Part shown: positions 12,594 through 24,591 of the stretch, in pieces
Position numbering within the stretch: the stretch's first letter is position 1
Layout: the number at the start of each line of letters is the position of its first letter
NCBI RefSeq assembly: GCF_018977255.1
Contig: NW_024705455.1
Location: 1-42,897, forward strand
Source of the DNA: Callorhinchus milii
Lineage: Eukaryota
DNA: 42,897 nucleotides
Reading direction: 5' to 3'
Notes under the pieces: generated by a model
What the model saw: the letters and a program-made list of their open reading frames with translations, nothing else
Told to the model about the DNA's origin: nothing
The model's database searches: none
Translations under genes and position numbers: made by a program

Positions 12594-12635
12594 CTCAACC
12601 GCCATATTCCGCATCCGACGAGTAGCCTCCAATGA
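12594..12635 (-). CDS. SNAP23: SNAP23/SNAP25-family exon (SLEATRRMRNMAVE)
   Basis: 42 nt with ttgcAG and GAG|GTAAAA boundaries. Matches the SLESTRRM motif. Confidence 0.9.
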
Positions 12636-13627
12636 CTGCAAAGAGAACACATTTAATGTAAAAAAAATAATTGGGGTGGGAAACGAATTATGAATGCTGC
12701 ACTGAAGGGACTTTATCAAAGAAAACATTGATGCAATGAAAACTGCCTCTATGATAATGCGGTGATTACGTTGCATTTACAATGACAAGTAAATGTAGGT
12801 GGCTAGATGTTGAGGCAGCGTTCAATGGAATTACATTCACGTCTAAAATATATTTGCTGCAAATATCGTTTGTTGCACCTCCAGGGAAATGTTATCTATC
12901 ACTTATCGTTGTCAGCTATCAGCTACTCTGGCTCCCAGACTATGTAGGTCAGCATTGAGCAAAAATTCTCATCTGGTGCCAAGACTAATATAATGTAAAT
13001 CTATTAAAGCTTATTGTCGTATCTGATTTGCGAGTGACAAGACCACCCAGCAAAGTCATTAGTTGCCAATGGAAGATATTGGGCCTAACCCAGCACTTAA
13101 TAGAGAACACATGCATACCGTGATATAATTTTACATCACAAAACATTGAATTGTGTTTCCCTGCATTCACCAACAATGTATTCTCCACAAAGCTCATGAT
13201 TATTTTGTGTTAAATACTGTCATTTTATGGCCCTTGCGCTTTTTTGCATTTCTAATATCTTGGCGATTTATTTTCTTACAAAATGTACTTTAGTATATTA
13301 CAGAATATACTTAAGACCAAAATCACATACCCCACTATTTGCTGGCCCAATGACTTCGAACTATAGACAAAAACAAATGTCACTAAAATTGACATTACCT
13401 GGGAACCAAAGTAGAGTACTGTAGTCAAATTCCTCCATGAATGTGAAGGGGAGCACGATTGGTGAATCAAAATTGTGTTTATCCAAGATATTACTGCTGT
13501 TATCTGTGTGGCTATTGCTGAATAATAGGATACACGTCATCACTTTCAAGTCACTCCTCTTATCCACAGAAAGCCACGGTTAATATGAGAGACATTTGGA
13601 ACTTCTGAGAGAACAATTCTGGCGAAT

Positions 13628-13668
13628 TGCCCGATGATGTTGGATGTAATTACCAGCGAAACGTCGTA
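13628..13668 (+). ncRNA. Degenerate minimal hammerhead motif (U4C variant), different stem II from family 1
   Basis: CCGATGA-T-GTTGG-loop-CCAGC-GAAA-C-GTC, with a 3-bp stem I TGC/GTA. Confidence 0.4.
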
Positions 13669-14049
13669 CTCAAAACTGTAAATGTTGTGGATTCATTCTT
13701 CAACACACCGGTGGGCTAAAGTAGTGAACTATTGTGTTTTGTCAACGTGACACTTTTTTGCTGATTGGCCGTGTCGGGTGGTGGAGAGTGACGACACATT
13801 TATAAATAACGCGATCTAACCCAAAAACTTTTATTATGAATATTATGAAGAACAATTCCGGTTACTTTTTATGAGCGGATAATAGGATTTTTTGCAGATC
13901 ATATCAGGAGTTCAGATAATAGGAACATTAAACAGGGGCACAGAAAAGACAAGTTTCACTGTACTGTATTGTAATAAGTAAAAACCAGAACTCAAAAGTT
14001 TCCCGCATGGCTGTACAACTGTGAACTTTGATGCACTATGCTGACGTAC

Positions 14050-14103
14050 CTCATCGGTGATTTGGTTGGCTTTCACTTGTATGTTATACGAATCCTCATC
14101 CAT
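14050..14103 (-). CDS. SNAP23: SNAP23/SNAP25-family first coding exon (MDEDSYNIQVKANQITDE)
   Basis: Perfect Kozak GCCACCATGG. Exon begins at 14118 after ttcAG; donor GAG|GTACGT. Short N-terminus ending ANQITDE as in SNAP23. Confidence 0.88.
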
Positions 14104-14979
14104 GGTGGCTCAGAGGGTCTGAATTAATGGAACAAAGAAATGCACAGCGCGGATGTTCATCAATGCATTTTGAGTTAGTTTCAAAGCCCGAGGGGTGTGT
14201 GCAGCTGAACTTAAAATCTCAGTGTTGCTTTCCTCTCAGCTTTCCCCAATTCACTGCCTCCCATTGCAGACTTTAGCTCCAGTATACTTGACTAAACGAT
14301 GTAGTTGTACTACCACAAAAATTTACGTTTGTTCCCACTGGCTGATACACTCATTGGAATTAATATTGGTCTGGAAAGCCATTAGGCTGATAGACTAAAA
14401 CATGTTTTTATTCGCATAGTTGTTCACAACAACGCATAACAAGTTTGTAAACAATAATGCCATTTAACTGATCACCTCCGTTGATGTCTGGAAATGAAAC
14501 TACTATATCATCTACTCTGCCAACAGTTTAATTTTACGTCCTGAAATAGCCACTCACGTGGTTGTGAGATATGGCACAGGCTTGGGGAGTCGTTTAAAAG
14601 TGAATTGATCGTGGCTAATGATGGTGATAAAACGCCAACCGAGATCCCATGCGGCTGTCATTTTAACACATTTACGATAAACAGCGAGTAAGACAGATGG
14701 GGAGTTATTATTGTACCTGAGGACAAATGTTCCCCACCATAACGGTCTGAGTTGATTTCCATTCGGTGCAATGTTATCGAACCCCTACCCATTCAAATGT
14801 CCACACTTGACATGACCAAGTACTGTTACAGGCATTGGAAATGAACGCAGTTGTCTGCGATGGTGCTATATAGGTCACAAGCCCCAAATGTGGGCTCGGA
14901 CCCAGTGGCGGCTGGTGATATTATTTTGGGGGGGCGCATTTTTTTTATTTTATTGAGGGGGGCAAATAAATATAAAGCA

Positions 14980-15213
14980 GTACCAAAAACCATTTTGACT
15001 ACTTGAATATAAATTTTGATGATCTTTATTTACATTTCAGACCAAAAGAAGTACCAAAAAGCATGTTTCCTACTTGAACATAAATGTTTCTCTTTTATAT
15101 ACATTTCAGACCAAAGTACCAAAAAGCATGTTTCCTACTTGAACATAAATGTTTCTCTTTTATATACATTTCAGACCAAAGTACCAAAAAGCATGTTTCC
15201 TACTTGAACATAA
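14980..15213. repeat. ~65-bp tandem repeat, about 3 copies, inside the hAT element
   Basis: Unit ACATTTCAGACCAAAGTACCAAAAAGCATGTTTCCTACTTGAACATAAATG... recurs at 15032, 15101 and 15166. Confidence 0.9.
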
Positions 15214-15214
15214 A

Positions 15215-15588
15215 AACGTTAGTTTCATGCTATTATCAATATGGCTGCGGCTACTTTCATGACGTTTGCATTTGTCAGAGAGATGTTTGAGGTCTCTTAC
15301 CCCCGTCGTTGTCCACAAAACTTCAGTGCCGACACTTTGAAATAAAAGACAGGGAAAACAAAAAAGAGAATTGCTAACATCACATCCAGCCAGCCACCTC
15401 CGTTTCTCATAACAAGCGCGGGTGAAGCTTCGTGTGTAGCTTCGTCCTCTGTCACTGGCCTGCTGCTGGATTTGTAAATCGGGTTGGTCCGGTCCGAGAT
15501 CCTTTATCTTTTTTATTTCTTCCAGCGAAAGCCTTGTGAAAGGGTTTTTTTGTAAATAAATTACAGAATTTGGATGAACTGCTGCCAT
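15215..15588 (-). pseudogene. Truncated hAT transposase with TTF-type zinc finger (ZMYM1-like)
   Basis: RSF...WL...FCFPCLLF...W...G...KH...HE.S..H pattern. The ORF runs into the tandem repeat and has no catalytic domain. Confidence 0.8.
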
Positions 15589-16162
15589 TGTTTACACAAA
15601 AAATTTGATCAGCCTAGCAAGTGTCAAAGTGGTGTCGCCTTCGCACTCGCAGTAGTGGCCTACAGCGTAAATTTGAATGACAGGTGACGAGAACCAATCA
15701 GATTGGATAAAATAACATGTATCCAATTCTGATTGGCCAGGGACGCAACGACTTGCGCCCCGAGGAGAATCTTTAAGAAACCAATTAGAGACCAGCTTCA
15801 GGTCACATGCTGTCCGAAAATGTAAAGTCTCACATAGACATCCATTTGTCCGGCGCCCCGCATGAAACACATTGAAAAACATAGAAAATAGTTGACCGAT
15901 TAAAGCCAGTTTTTATTAAATGCTGATGCTTTTCTTACTACCAGCCGGCACATCGTATGAAAAAAATATTTTATTTATGTATTTTTATATAAATTTTGTA
16001 TATGTATATTTCTGAATATTGATGGGGGCGGCGCCCCTGCGCCCTCTATTGACGAGCCGCCACTGCTCGACCAATAGACATGTGAACAAGCTGGTTGCTG
16101 CTCTGAGTGCTAAGGTCACATGATACATTAGCACACAAATAACAATGGGACACTGCACTGCC

Positions 16163-16480
16163 TTAACACATTCCTGCGGGGGGAGCTGGTAGGAACGTTG
16201 GGTTGCTCGGTCAATGGGGCCAGGGTCAACGGCGGCGTGGTGTATTCCGCAAATATTCCCGACTGTGAGGGCGGACACAAGCCGGCGTGAGTAGGTTAAA
16301 CATTGAGTTTTATAAGGGCACCACGGGGGTGACCAACCCCTTCCCACCCCTCCCACCTAACCCAGCCCCACCCTCCCACCCAGCCCCTCCCTCCCCACCC
16401 AGCCCCTCCCTGCACGACTGACGGACGGACACAATAATCCCCTGTGGGCTGGTGTAACCAGGAGGTTCCTACCAGTATTG
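16163..16480 (-). mobile_element. Helentron/DINE-1-like non-autonomous element with G-rich core
   Basis: Sub-TIRs CTGGTAGGAAC (16186-16196) and GTTCCTACCAG (16465-16475), plus a (GTCC)n microsatellite. Homologous copies at 34351 and 39997. Confidence 0.6.
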
Positions 16481-16852
16481 AAACTTTCCCCTCCACGATG
16501 CGGGACTACATTCACATTTTATTAATTTAATTTGCATGTACAATGTGCACGTACAGTATATTTTTTACATCAAGGGGATTGTTCCACATTCACCTTGCTT
16601 GTGATCAGCACAAGTTGATAGAGATCCGGAGCATTAATGTAAAAGCATAGAAGCACTGTCCAATAAAACATTGTCATTTTATGCACTGCCCCACAGCATA
16701 GCCCCTGACAGTAGCCTATAACACCCGTTGTGTATGGTGGTGGCCCATATAAGAACTTATCGGGCTCAAATGCTGCTTCAGTTTTTGAGATTTTACGATA
16801 TTGGATGCATTATGGGCAATTTGACAAGAGGTCAAGAGGTCAACAACAATAC

Positions 16853-16987
16853 CAGGGTGGTCCAGATGTCTCGTGACCCCCATTTAATTATCTAAAACTT
16901 TCTCTGTTTTTATGGATGCCAATTGGGTGAGAAAACAAATGTCCAGGGCCAATTAATTGGAGGTCACAAGACATCTCGATTACTCTG
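16853..16987. mobile_element. Tc1/mariner-type MITE (degenerate copy)
   Basis: CAGGGTGGTCCAGATGTCTCGTGACC...GGTCACAAGACATCTCGATTACTCTG-TA. Same family as 37665-37817. Confidence 0.7.
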
Positions 16988-17639
16988 TACACTGCATGCT
17001 CATAATGTAGTATTGATGATAGATTTGATGCGTGTCTTTTTTAAATTGAGTTCTTCTTAAGCTTTTAACACCAAGGCAGCTACAAAAAAATGTGTTTGTA
17101 GTCGACACTGCTCTGGTGTAGACAAAGGGGGCTGTTTGGTTACTGTATGTTTCCTGCTGATCTTATAGTGCTGCCTCGACACAAGTTTTCCCAACACCCC
17201 GCAAGGGTTTCAGCTGCTTCCTGCCAAAGCCTTCTTCCCTTCCCCTCACCCCACTCCCAGCCACTTCATTCATTAACCACGTGGGGGGCAACGATGTTAA
17301 ACTTCAGAAATGGGACCTTTTTGCCAGTATCAAAAGTATGAAAAAAAATGTGGTTAATGCGGACACGATTCCTTGCAAATGGTTTCTATTCGGTGTTTAA
17401 AGATGTTAACAACACATCTTTGATGTGAAACTTGCTTTAAGCGTCGAAAATGGGGAGAAAAAATGTAGCGACGTAACAATGCATCGATGCATCTGCTGCT
17501 GTTGAGTCTAAGCATTGCATTCATAATTATTCATCATCAATTTTACAGTAATCGATGTTTTTTTTAGATTCGTAGCATAATTCTGTGGCGACCCCTGCGG
17601 CCACTAGAGGCGCTGTCATTCACTGCAATGTTAAACTTT

Positions 17640-17990
17640 ATTGTGTTGTGATCGAAACGTCGTGGTTTTTGTTTTTTATTTACTGAAAGAACCAAGAATG
17701 TCTACATTATAGACTGCCAGTACACTCACCCAGCTTAATAACCAGGCTACAGTCTACATTATAGACTGTCAGTACACTCACCCAGCTTAATAACCAGGCT
17801 ACAGTTTACATTATAGATTGCCAGTACAGTCACTCCGATTAAGAACCAGGCTACAGTCTACATTAGTGTTTTTTTGATTTTTATTATTAAATGTTTATTA
17901 TTTTTATTCACTTTATTATTTTTCTATCTACGTGACTTTACCGAAAACACCAAAGAATGTGAATTCCTGCAGTCACGAAAGTTTTAAGTC
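17640..17990. mobile_element. Degraded foldback family 1 fragments flanking a tandem repeat
   Basis: TGTGTTGTGATCGAAACGTCGTG half-ribozyme at ~17642-17664, and CGTGACTTTACCGAAA...CTGCAGTCACGAAAG arm/tail at ~17930-17985. Confidence 0.65.
17700..17865. repeat. 52-bp tandem repeat, about 3 copies
   Basis: TCTACATTATAGACTG(C/T)CAGTACACTCACCCAGCTTAATAACCAGGCTACAG at 17701, 17753 and ~17805. Confidence 0.9.
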
Positions 17991-18476
17991 AAAAGTTAAA
18001 CGATGACAGTACCGTATTTTAAAGCGCAAATTGTGGTGACAAATCGTGGTGCGTTGTGATCATCAACCAAGATCTATCCACTGCTGAATAAACGACTGCT
18101 AAAACCACCACGAATCATAATACTGTCTACTCTAGGGGTTTGTAACTACATATTACTCTAGTGCTGGCCTGTGTTTCAAGTTAGAGGCAATATTAAGAGA
18201 GTAACACACCTTTATAATCCTGTTAAGTAAACAAAGGTTGTGTTTATAAATCGTAGCTGCAGTCGAGAAATGTACAGCGCTGCATTGTAATGTTACGTTG
18301 AGACTTTAAATTCACCACGTTTGTACAACAATTAAAATAATTGGGGGGGGGGGGATTAGCACAGCACTGTCGTGTTATATTTTTGTTCATTTTTAACAAC
18401 GGACTGGCAGGAAAAGTTATCTTAGTGATCGGCTCCATTGAACGACCAAATAAGTAATATGTAAACATTTTTTTTT

Positions 18477-18920
18477 TAAAACACGCTTTAATTAAATGTA
18501 CCCTACTAGTAATGGAAAAACTCCACGAAGCTTGCCATAACGTAAGGGACCGTGGACAATTAGACTCAAGGCGAAATATAACATCTAAAAAATAATGTAA
18601 AAAAATATTTCTTTTATATTTAATGATAGAATATAGTATTGTCATCAGTATGACATAAGTTTACCAAGTTTGCAGTCGATAAGCCATTGGGAAGTGGTTT
18701 AAAACTTAGTTACAAGATTTGAGGATACAACAGACAGAATGAGTTTATCAACAGCGTGTAAAAGAATGTTTTAAAATGTTTTACATTTTTTTATGATAAA
18801 ATATAATCTCGTCATCAGTATGACATAAGTATACCAAGTTTGCACATTGGGAAGTGGTTTAAAATTGAGTTAAAAGATTTGAGGATACAACAACAACAGA
18901 GTTAATAGAAATCGTGTAAT
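18477..18920. mobile_element. Inverted copy, plus partial tandem duplicate, of the 1471-1775 repeat
   Basis: Shares TATTGTCATCA.TATGACATAAGT.T.CCAAGTTTGCAGTCGATA and the ACACGCTTT/AGCGTGT ends. Confidence 0.6.
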
Positions 18921-19851
18921 AAAAATCAACAATGCTGGGATTGCTCCCACGGGGTGTCACGGGGGCTTCGTTTTTCTTCTTCCATCCACCGCCTTCCCTC
19001 TGCCACATTTAGCAAATCCAATCGTGGAACTTTAAAACATTATTTGGCTATTCCAATGCCGCTGCGTTGGCCACGCTTAATGAACAAACAAACAACAACA
19101 ATCGAACTGGACACACACTCGTCCAGAACACCCTGGTCCTGCAGAGTAAAACAAGGCGACGTTTCGGGGCAATGGCCCTTCTCCATAGCGGGGTGTTTAC
19201 GCAAACTCGAGCCTATAAATGTAAGGAAGCAGGGTTATGTTTTTTTTGTGTGTAAGTCTTGTACAAACCCAAACCTTTCTCTGGAGTCCATGCCCTGAAC
19301 GAGGAAATGGTTGTTAGGATTTTTTTTATATTTCTTTGCAATGCAGTGCCGCATGTAAGTATAGCACTGAATTCGCACACGGCAATTGTGATATTTTAAA
19401 GGGTTTGTTTTGCATTAAGAGACAGCGAAAGAGACGGGGGAGGGGGGGGCAGTGCTAACAGCTGTCGTTTTGGTTGTAGCAGTCTAAAACAAAACCTTGA
19501 CAAATATGCGAGGCATGTGTTCAGCATTTACCAATGATTTTTTTTATACACAGTGCGTGTACTGTAGTATGATTTACGGTCATTTATACCCTTATCAGTT
19601 GGTACACTAGTAACCCATGATGTCCACATTGTTCTAGTTACCAACACAATACAGTGGAGTAAGTATGCAAATCGTTCCTCAACTTAGCTCGTAAACGCAG
19701 TAAAAACCCAGACCTTTCTGCTAATCATCAACCAACCAATTTGTTGCTGATTGGGTGAATTATTAATTACATCGCAGTCCCAAGAGGGATGGTGAACGGC
19801 TTCGTGGAAGCTTTCATCCACGCAGTGGATTGTTCAAAAGCCACTCACTGA

Positions 19852-20011
19852 TCATTGATGATGATGATGATGATGATGATGATCATGATGATCATGATGA
19901 TGATGATCATGATGATGATGATCATGATGATGATGATCATGATGATGATGATCATGATGATCATGATGATGATGATCATGATGATGATGATCATGATGAT
20001 GATGATGATGA
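19852..20011. repeat. Compound (GAT)n/(GATCAT) microsatellite
   Basis: Directly visible; explains the poly-Asp and poly-His ORFs in the track. Confidence 0.97.
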
Positions 20012-20322
20012 AATGAAACACAAAGTTCAGACACTACTACTACTACACGACTGGTATTCATTCTCGCCCTTAACACGCAGCCCATGCGTTACAACGCCAC
20101 AAGGCACGGCAGCTGTTGAAGCAGCTGAAACTTTCATCACCACCAACCAGTTACACGTTCTTCTCTTGCCTATCTTTCTTCTCTTGCCTTTCTTTAACAC
20201 CATCCGTGCCGCTGCCACACACATACTTCTTGTCTGACATGTCCCTACACTCATACAAACAAGCGCGCACACCCTGCCCTGTTTAACGTCCGTAGGAAGG
20301 TTCAAAAAGCCACTCAACTCAC

Positions 20323-20500
20323 CTTATTTTCTTTTTTACGAAGAAGTTGCACGGTTAAGCCGTCTTTTTTTTCATTAAAAACCTCCTCGGGAATGGCGAG
20401 TAGCGGCAGAACGTCGTCTTGATGACTAAACACCGTAGAATGTGGAAGTTGTCGATGACTACGACGACCTAAGTAGCTGAGCCGGCGAGCGCGCACCGCC
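20323..20500 (-). other. Candidate non-coding exon 1 / CpG-rich promoter of the SNAP23-like gene
   Basis: Consensus donor AAG|GTGAGT (GT at 20322-20321) at the edge of a CpG-rich patch (~20380-20570). The first coding exon has an upstream acceptor, so it needs an upstream exon. The 5' boundary is approximate. Confidence 0.5.
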
Positions 20501-20608
20501 CACGGGAAAGGGGGTGGCCGCCACCGTCCGAGGCACAGGAATTGTGTCAATGGGTGTGGGGGTGGAGGAAGAGATTACGCAGAAGCAAACAATAAAACAA
20601 GTTGGAAA

Positions 20609-20801
20609 TTCATCTTCTTGGTTCTTTCGGTAAAGTCACGTAGAAGGGAAGTAATACAATAATAAAAATAAAATATGTTTTATATTTTTTTATTTTTTTA
20701 TTATTATTTTTTATTATTTTATTACTTCCCTTCTACGTGACTTTACTGAAATAACCAAGAAGATGAATCCCTGCAGTCACGAAAGCTTTAAATCTAAATT
20801 T
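20609..20801. mobile_element. Foldback family 1 copy with 13-bp TSD
   Basis: Inverted arms plus tail CCCTGCAGTCACGAAAGCTTTAAATC. AAGTTGGAAATTC at 20599-20611 and 20802-20814. Confidence 0.85.
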
Positions 20802-20979
20802 AAGTTGGAAATTCCTGTGGCACACGCAACAAGGAAGAAACGCGTTGGTATGTTTTTTTTTAACATAGCCGTCAATTCATGGAGGAATCCGATGAGCCAT
20901 GAAGCTCTTTTTCACAGATGTCCAGTCAACTAAACTAATTTTTTTGACCACTTAAGGTCCACCGAACTCTATAGTTCTT

Positions 20980-21154
20980 AATTCAAGATTTGAAGCTTTC
21001 GTGACTGCAAGGATTCATACTCTTTGTTTTTTTTTCGGTAAAGTCAAGTAGGTAAAACAATTAATAATCACAACGTCGTGATTTAATTGAGTTGTTTTCA
21101 TTATTTTGTTTATTAATTGTTTTACCTACGTGACTTTACCGGAAAAAAACAATA
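20980..21154. mobile_element. Foldback family 1 older copy, tail on the left
   Basis: AAGCTTTCGTGACTGCA tail, CGGTAAAGTCA...TGACTTTACCG arms. TCTATAG(T/C)TCTT at 20968 and 21155. Confidence 0.75.
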
Positions 21155-21238
21155 TCTATAGCTCTTCTTGGTTCTTTCGGTAAAGTCACGTAGAAGGCAA
21201 ATAATAAAATAATAAAAATAAAACAATAAAATAAATTC

Positions 21239-21279
21239 TCACGACGTTTCGACCACAACACAAGCAGCCGTCCTCAGGT
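21239..21279 (-). ncRNA. Minimal hammerhead ribozyme motif (core intact, stem I shortened)
   Basis: CTGAGGA-C-GGCTGC-TTGTGTT-GTGGTC-GAAA-C-GTC-GTGA on the - strand. Confidence 0.6.
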
Positions 21280-21314
21280 CCCATTGGGACGCTGTCTTTC
21301 CGACAGCCCTGTTC

Positions 21315-21359
21315 TTCACATGAGGACGGCTGCTTGTGTTGTGGCCGAAACGTCGTGAG
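21315..21359 (+). ncRNA. Minimal hammerhead motif with C3A substitution (probably inactive)
   Basis: TTCAC-ATGAGGA-C-GGCTGC-TTGTGTT-GTGGCC-GAAA-C-GTC-GTGAG. Confidence 0.55.
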
Positions 21360-22299
21360 AATTTTGTTTTATTAAATTTAATTTAATTATTTTATTATTA
21401 TTTTATTTTTATTTTTTCCCTTCTACGTGACTTTACCGAAAGAACCAAGAAGATGAATCCCTGCAGTCACGAAAGCTTTAAATCGAAATATCTATAGCTC
21501 TTGTTTTTCAGAAGCAACACCCGGCCACAAATGATTAACCCATTGAAGTTGTTTTCACGTGGATATGTATAGCAGCCGAATACTTATAAATGCACAGCTG
21601 TCAAACCCATAGGGTTTACCCCGTATTCTTGTACAGGGAAATTGAGTTTTGAGGTCCATACGGCGTACAGCCGTTTCAATAGAGGCAAAATTAAATTTTG
21701 TGTATATTTGTTGTGTTTCTCTCTTGTGATGGGACTTTGTAGGAAGAACGTTGAGATGTATAAGGGGCACGGGTGACCACTAAGGTCTGAATTGGTCTGT
21801 AGTAAGACAGGCACTGATGTTTAAATTAACAACACGAGTCAGTAACAACACGTTCTGGATCATAATTTTGCCCTTCCGTCTTCTGCTGGGAAAATACCCA
21901 AACACATATTTTGGTTGTCTTCGATGTCGTTTAAATTATGCGTTTGCATCTCCGCACGATTTAATAGAATTGTGATGTTTTGCTTCAGTTTCTGTTCGTG
22001 AATTATGGCTTAAGTTGAGGAAGTGCAATGCAATGTGGAAGTTCCGGCTATTAATATTACTCAACCAGTCTACCCCAATTGCAATACTGTTTTTTATTAT
22101 TGTTGTACTCACAGCCTGTGGTCACTTACTAATTACATCTGGAAAACAGCGGTACACTATTTGTGTGACTGTTCCCGATAGGCTTGATAATCATCAGCCC
22201 TTGATCTGTCCACTGCTGGATGGCGGCCTACCCCACAAGCAGTCGTCACTTGATAACCCACTTCGTTGATAACCCACCTCGTTGGGTTCAATTTATTAA

Positions 22300-22681
22300 G
22301 GGGTCGTCCGTAAATGACGTCACTCGATTTTGGACGATTTTTGCCCCCCCCCCCCTCGTCACACGGCGTCACAAAAAGTCAGACCCCCCCTCAAATATGA
22401 CGTCACAAAGCTCTGCCCCCCCCCCCAAATAAAACATGCTTCAAATCGCTTTAAACTATTGTCATTGTAGTGCGTATTTAATGTGGCGCTGCACTCTGAT
22501 GTTGTCGGAGAAAACATTTATTAAAAAGTCTATTTAATTAAGTAGAACGTGTTGTCTATATTATTTAAAGTTGCGCATTTTGATGTGACGTCACATTTCT
22601 CACCCCCCCCCTCGTCACACATCGTCACAAATGTCTGACCCCCCCCCCCCCAGGTGCGTGACGTCATTTATGGACGGCCCC
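22300..22681. mobile_element. PIF/Harbinger-type MITE
   Basis: 24-bp TIRs GGGGTCGTCCGTAAATGACGTCAC / GTGACGTCATTTATGGACGGCCCC. 3-bp TAA TSD at 22297-22299 and 22682-22684. Confidence 0.85.
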
Positions 22682-24591
22682 TAAGTCACAATTATGTTCA
22701 AATTGAGAATCACAATTGTGTTTTTAACTGACATCTCTCATCCACATACAGTATTCCTCTTGTAGTCTATCGCCCTATTTATGCTTGGAATAGAATGGCA
22801 AACTCCAACATATTTCACAGGATGTTGATAAACAGTAGAACTGTAAAACAACGTAAGGTGATTAAATGGGGGTCACAAGACAGCATGACCATCCTGTCTT
22901 TACGTGTCTGTTCCGGACAAACTGCGGCCAGCTATGTAATTGCTCCACATAGGTTGTGGTATTCTGAAAAGTACCTAGAAGTACACTGCTTTTGACCACC
23001 GGTATCATAGGGGATTTTTGGTAGTGCATTTGAAAGTACAATACGTCTTATGAATTATGTATGCAACCATGTTTATTTTTATTCCTTCTGAGGTGATGAC
23101 CAGCTGAGATATTGTAACTGAGAAGTGGAAAACGAGGGAATCTTCGGTGGAACAGAAATACTGGCACAGAAATACAGGGCACACATTTGCACTGTGTGTT
23201 GTTCCACAGCTTTAACTTTTTCCCTTAATTTCCCAGCATTTCCCTTAATGTAAATACAATCTTTTCAGTTTTGTTAATCCACTACTGGATGACCCCCCCC
23301 CCCCCCAATATGCTGTCAGTCATGGGGGGGGGGGGTGGGAGTTTGACCATACTGCACCACACTGGTAGACTGGGTTTGTGAGTGCATTGAATCAGAATCT
23401 TTGATTGAGGTGGGGGCAGGCATGAGTCAAAAATCAAACGGAGGAAATGTATGTTGGGTCACAGCCTGTGTGCTAACCAGTGGCATTGCTCCACCCCAAC
23501 CGCCCTCTTCCTTACTGTGAAGTGCTTTTCCCTAAACGGCAGTGACATTGACAAATGTGTTGAGTGTTCATTGTTGTCGGTTGTTTTCGTGCTCCACTGC
23601 GAAAACAGCCCTCGCTGAATATTTTATGGGACATTTTTTTGCTGGTATCAAAAGAATGAAAAATAGGCTTTATTTATCATTTCTGGCAATTATACAGGAA
23701 GTGTTTCGATGTTAAAACACAAAATACCGTAGATACATATCGCAAGGAACCAAGTCTGCATTAAACCACACATGCTTGTGAGAAAACGTGCAGTTTGAAC
23801 GACGGTGCATACGTTATGACGTTCTGAACCGCCCTGCTGGACATCTGTGAAATAACTTCATAGCTCATCGGATTTCTCCAGGATAAATGAAAGTATGTTT
23901 GAGATGATTGGACACCTTCACAAAGCGGACTCTTGCAACGGCAACACTTTATTCGGAAGCGCTCTTCTGGGCAAGATTTCTCGTTTTTCCATGACCATGA
24001 GTTTAACACGTAGATCCCTGAAGTGTGAATGTGTCGTAATCCTCCACCACCCGACACAGCTAGTAAAGTTTGTCACGTAAACACAACGCACAAATGAGTT
24101 ACTACTTCAGCCCACCGGTATGTTGGAGAGTAAATCCACATTTACCATATGATACCACATCGACCATGAGACACCACACATTGGCCCTTCGCGTTTATTT
24201 AATAGGACACACGAATAGATTTGGAAAATCGAAATTACACAGCGCTAATTTATGCCAACAACTCTTCAGCGTTTACAGTTACAAGATTTCAAATTCATCA
24301 GAGGTTAAGTGCGAAAATGTGAACTCGTTTGGGTTTTAAACCTCCTCTCACCTTTCCATACCTGTCAACCCCGTATCAGTGTCTACCTTTTTACAGACCA
24401 ATTCAGACCTTATTGGTCACCCCTTCCCTTAGAAATCTCAATGTTCATCCTACAAAGTCCCATCACAAGGGAGAAACTCAAATACATTGTGTTGCCCGTT
24501 TTGAAACGGCCGTATGCCGTATGGACCTGAAAACTCAATTTCCCTGTTCAAGAATACGGGGTAAACCCTATCGGTTTGACAGCTATGCATT

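Larger units (their letters stand above)
14903..16065 (-). mobile_element. Internally deleted hAT DNA transposon
   Basis: TIRs CAGTGGCGGCT/AGCCGCCACTG. Flanks CTCGGACC / CTCGACC (8-bp TSD with one base missing). Contains a transposase N-terminal fragment. Confidence 0.85.
21167..21486. mobile_element. Foldback family 1 long copy with two opposed hammerhead motifs
   Basis: ~110-bp arms, tail on the right. AATATCTATAGCTCTT duplicated at 21151-21166 and 21487-21502. Confidence 0.88.
20879..21815. repeat. Unclassified interspersed repeat, interrupted by two foldback elements; inverted homologue at ~24360-25259
   Basis: For example GGGTTTACCCCGTATTCTTG and CACCCGGCCACAAATGAT match the reverse complement of 24549-24568 and 25115-25142. 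Confidence 0.75.

Noticed and set aside
19830..20237. Poly-Asp and poly-His ORFs
   Set aside because: Translation of a GAT/CAT microsatellite, with no splice or homology support.
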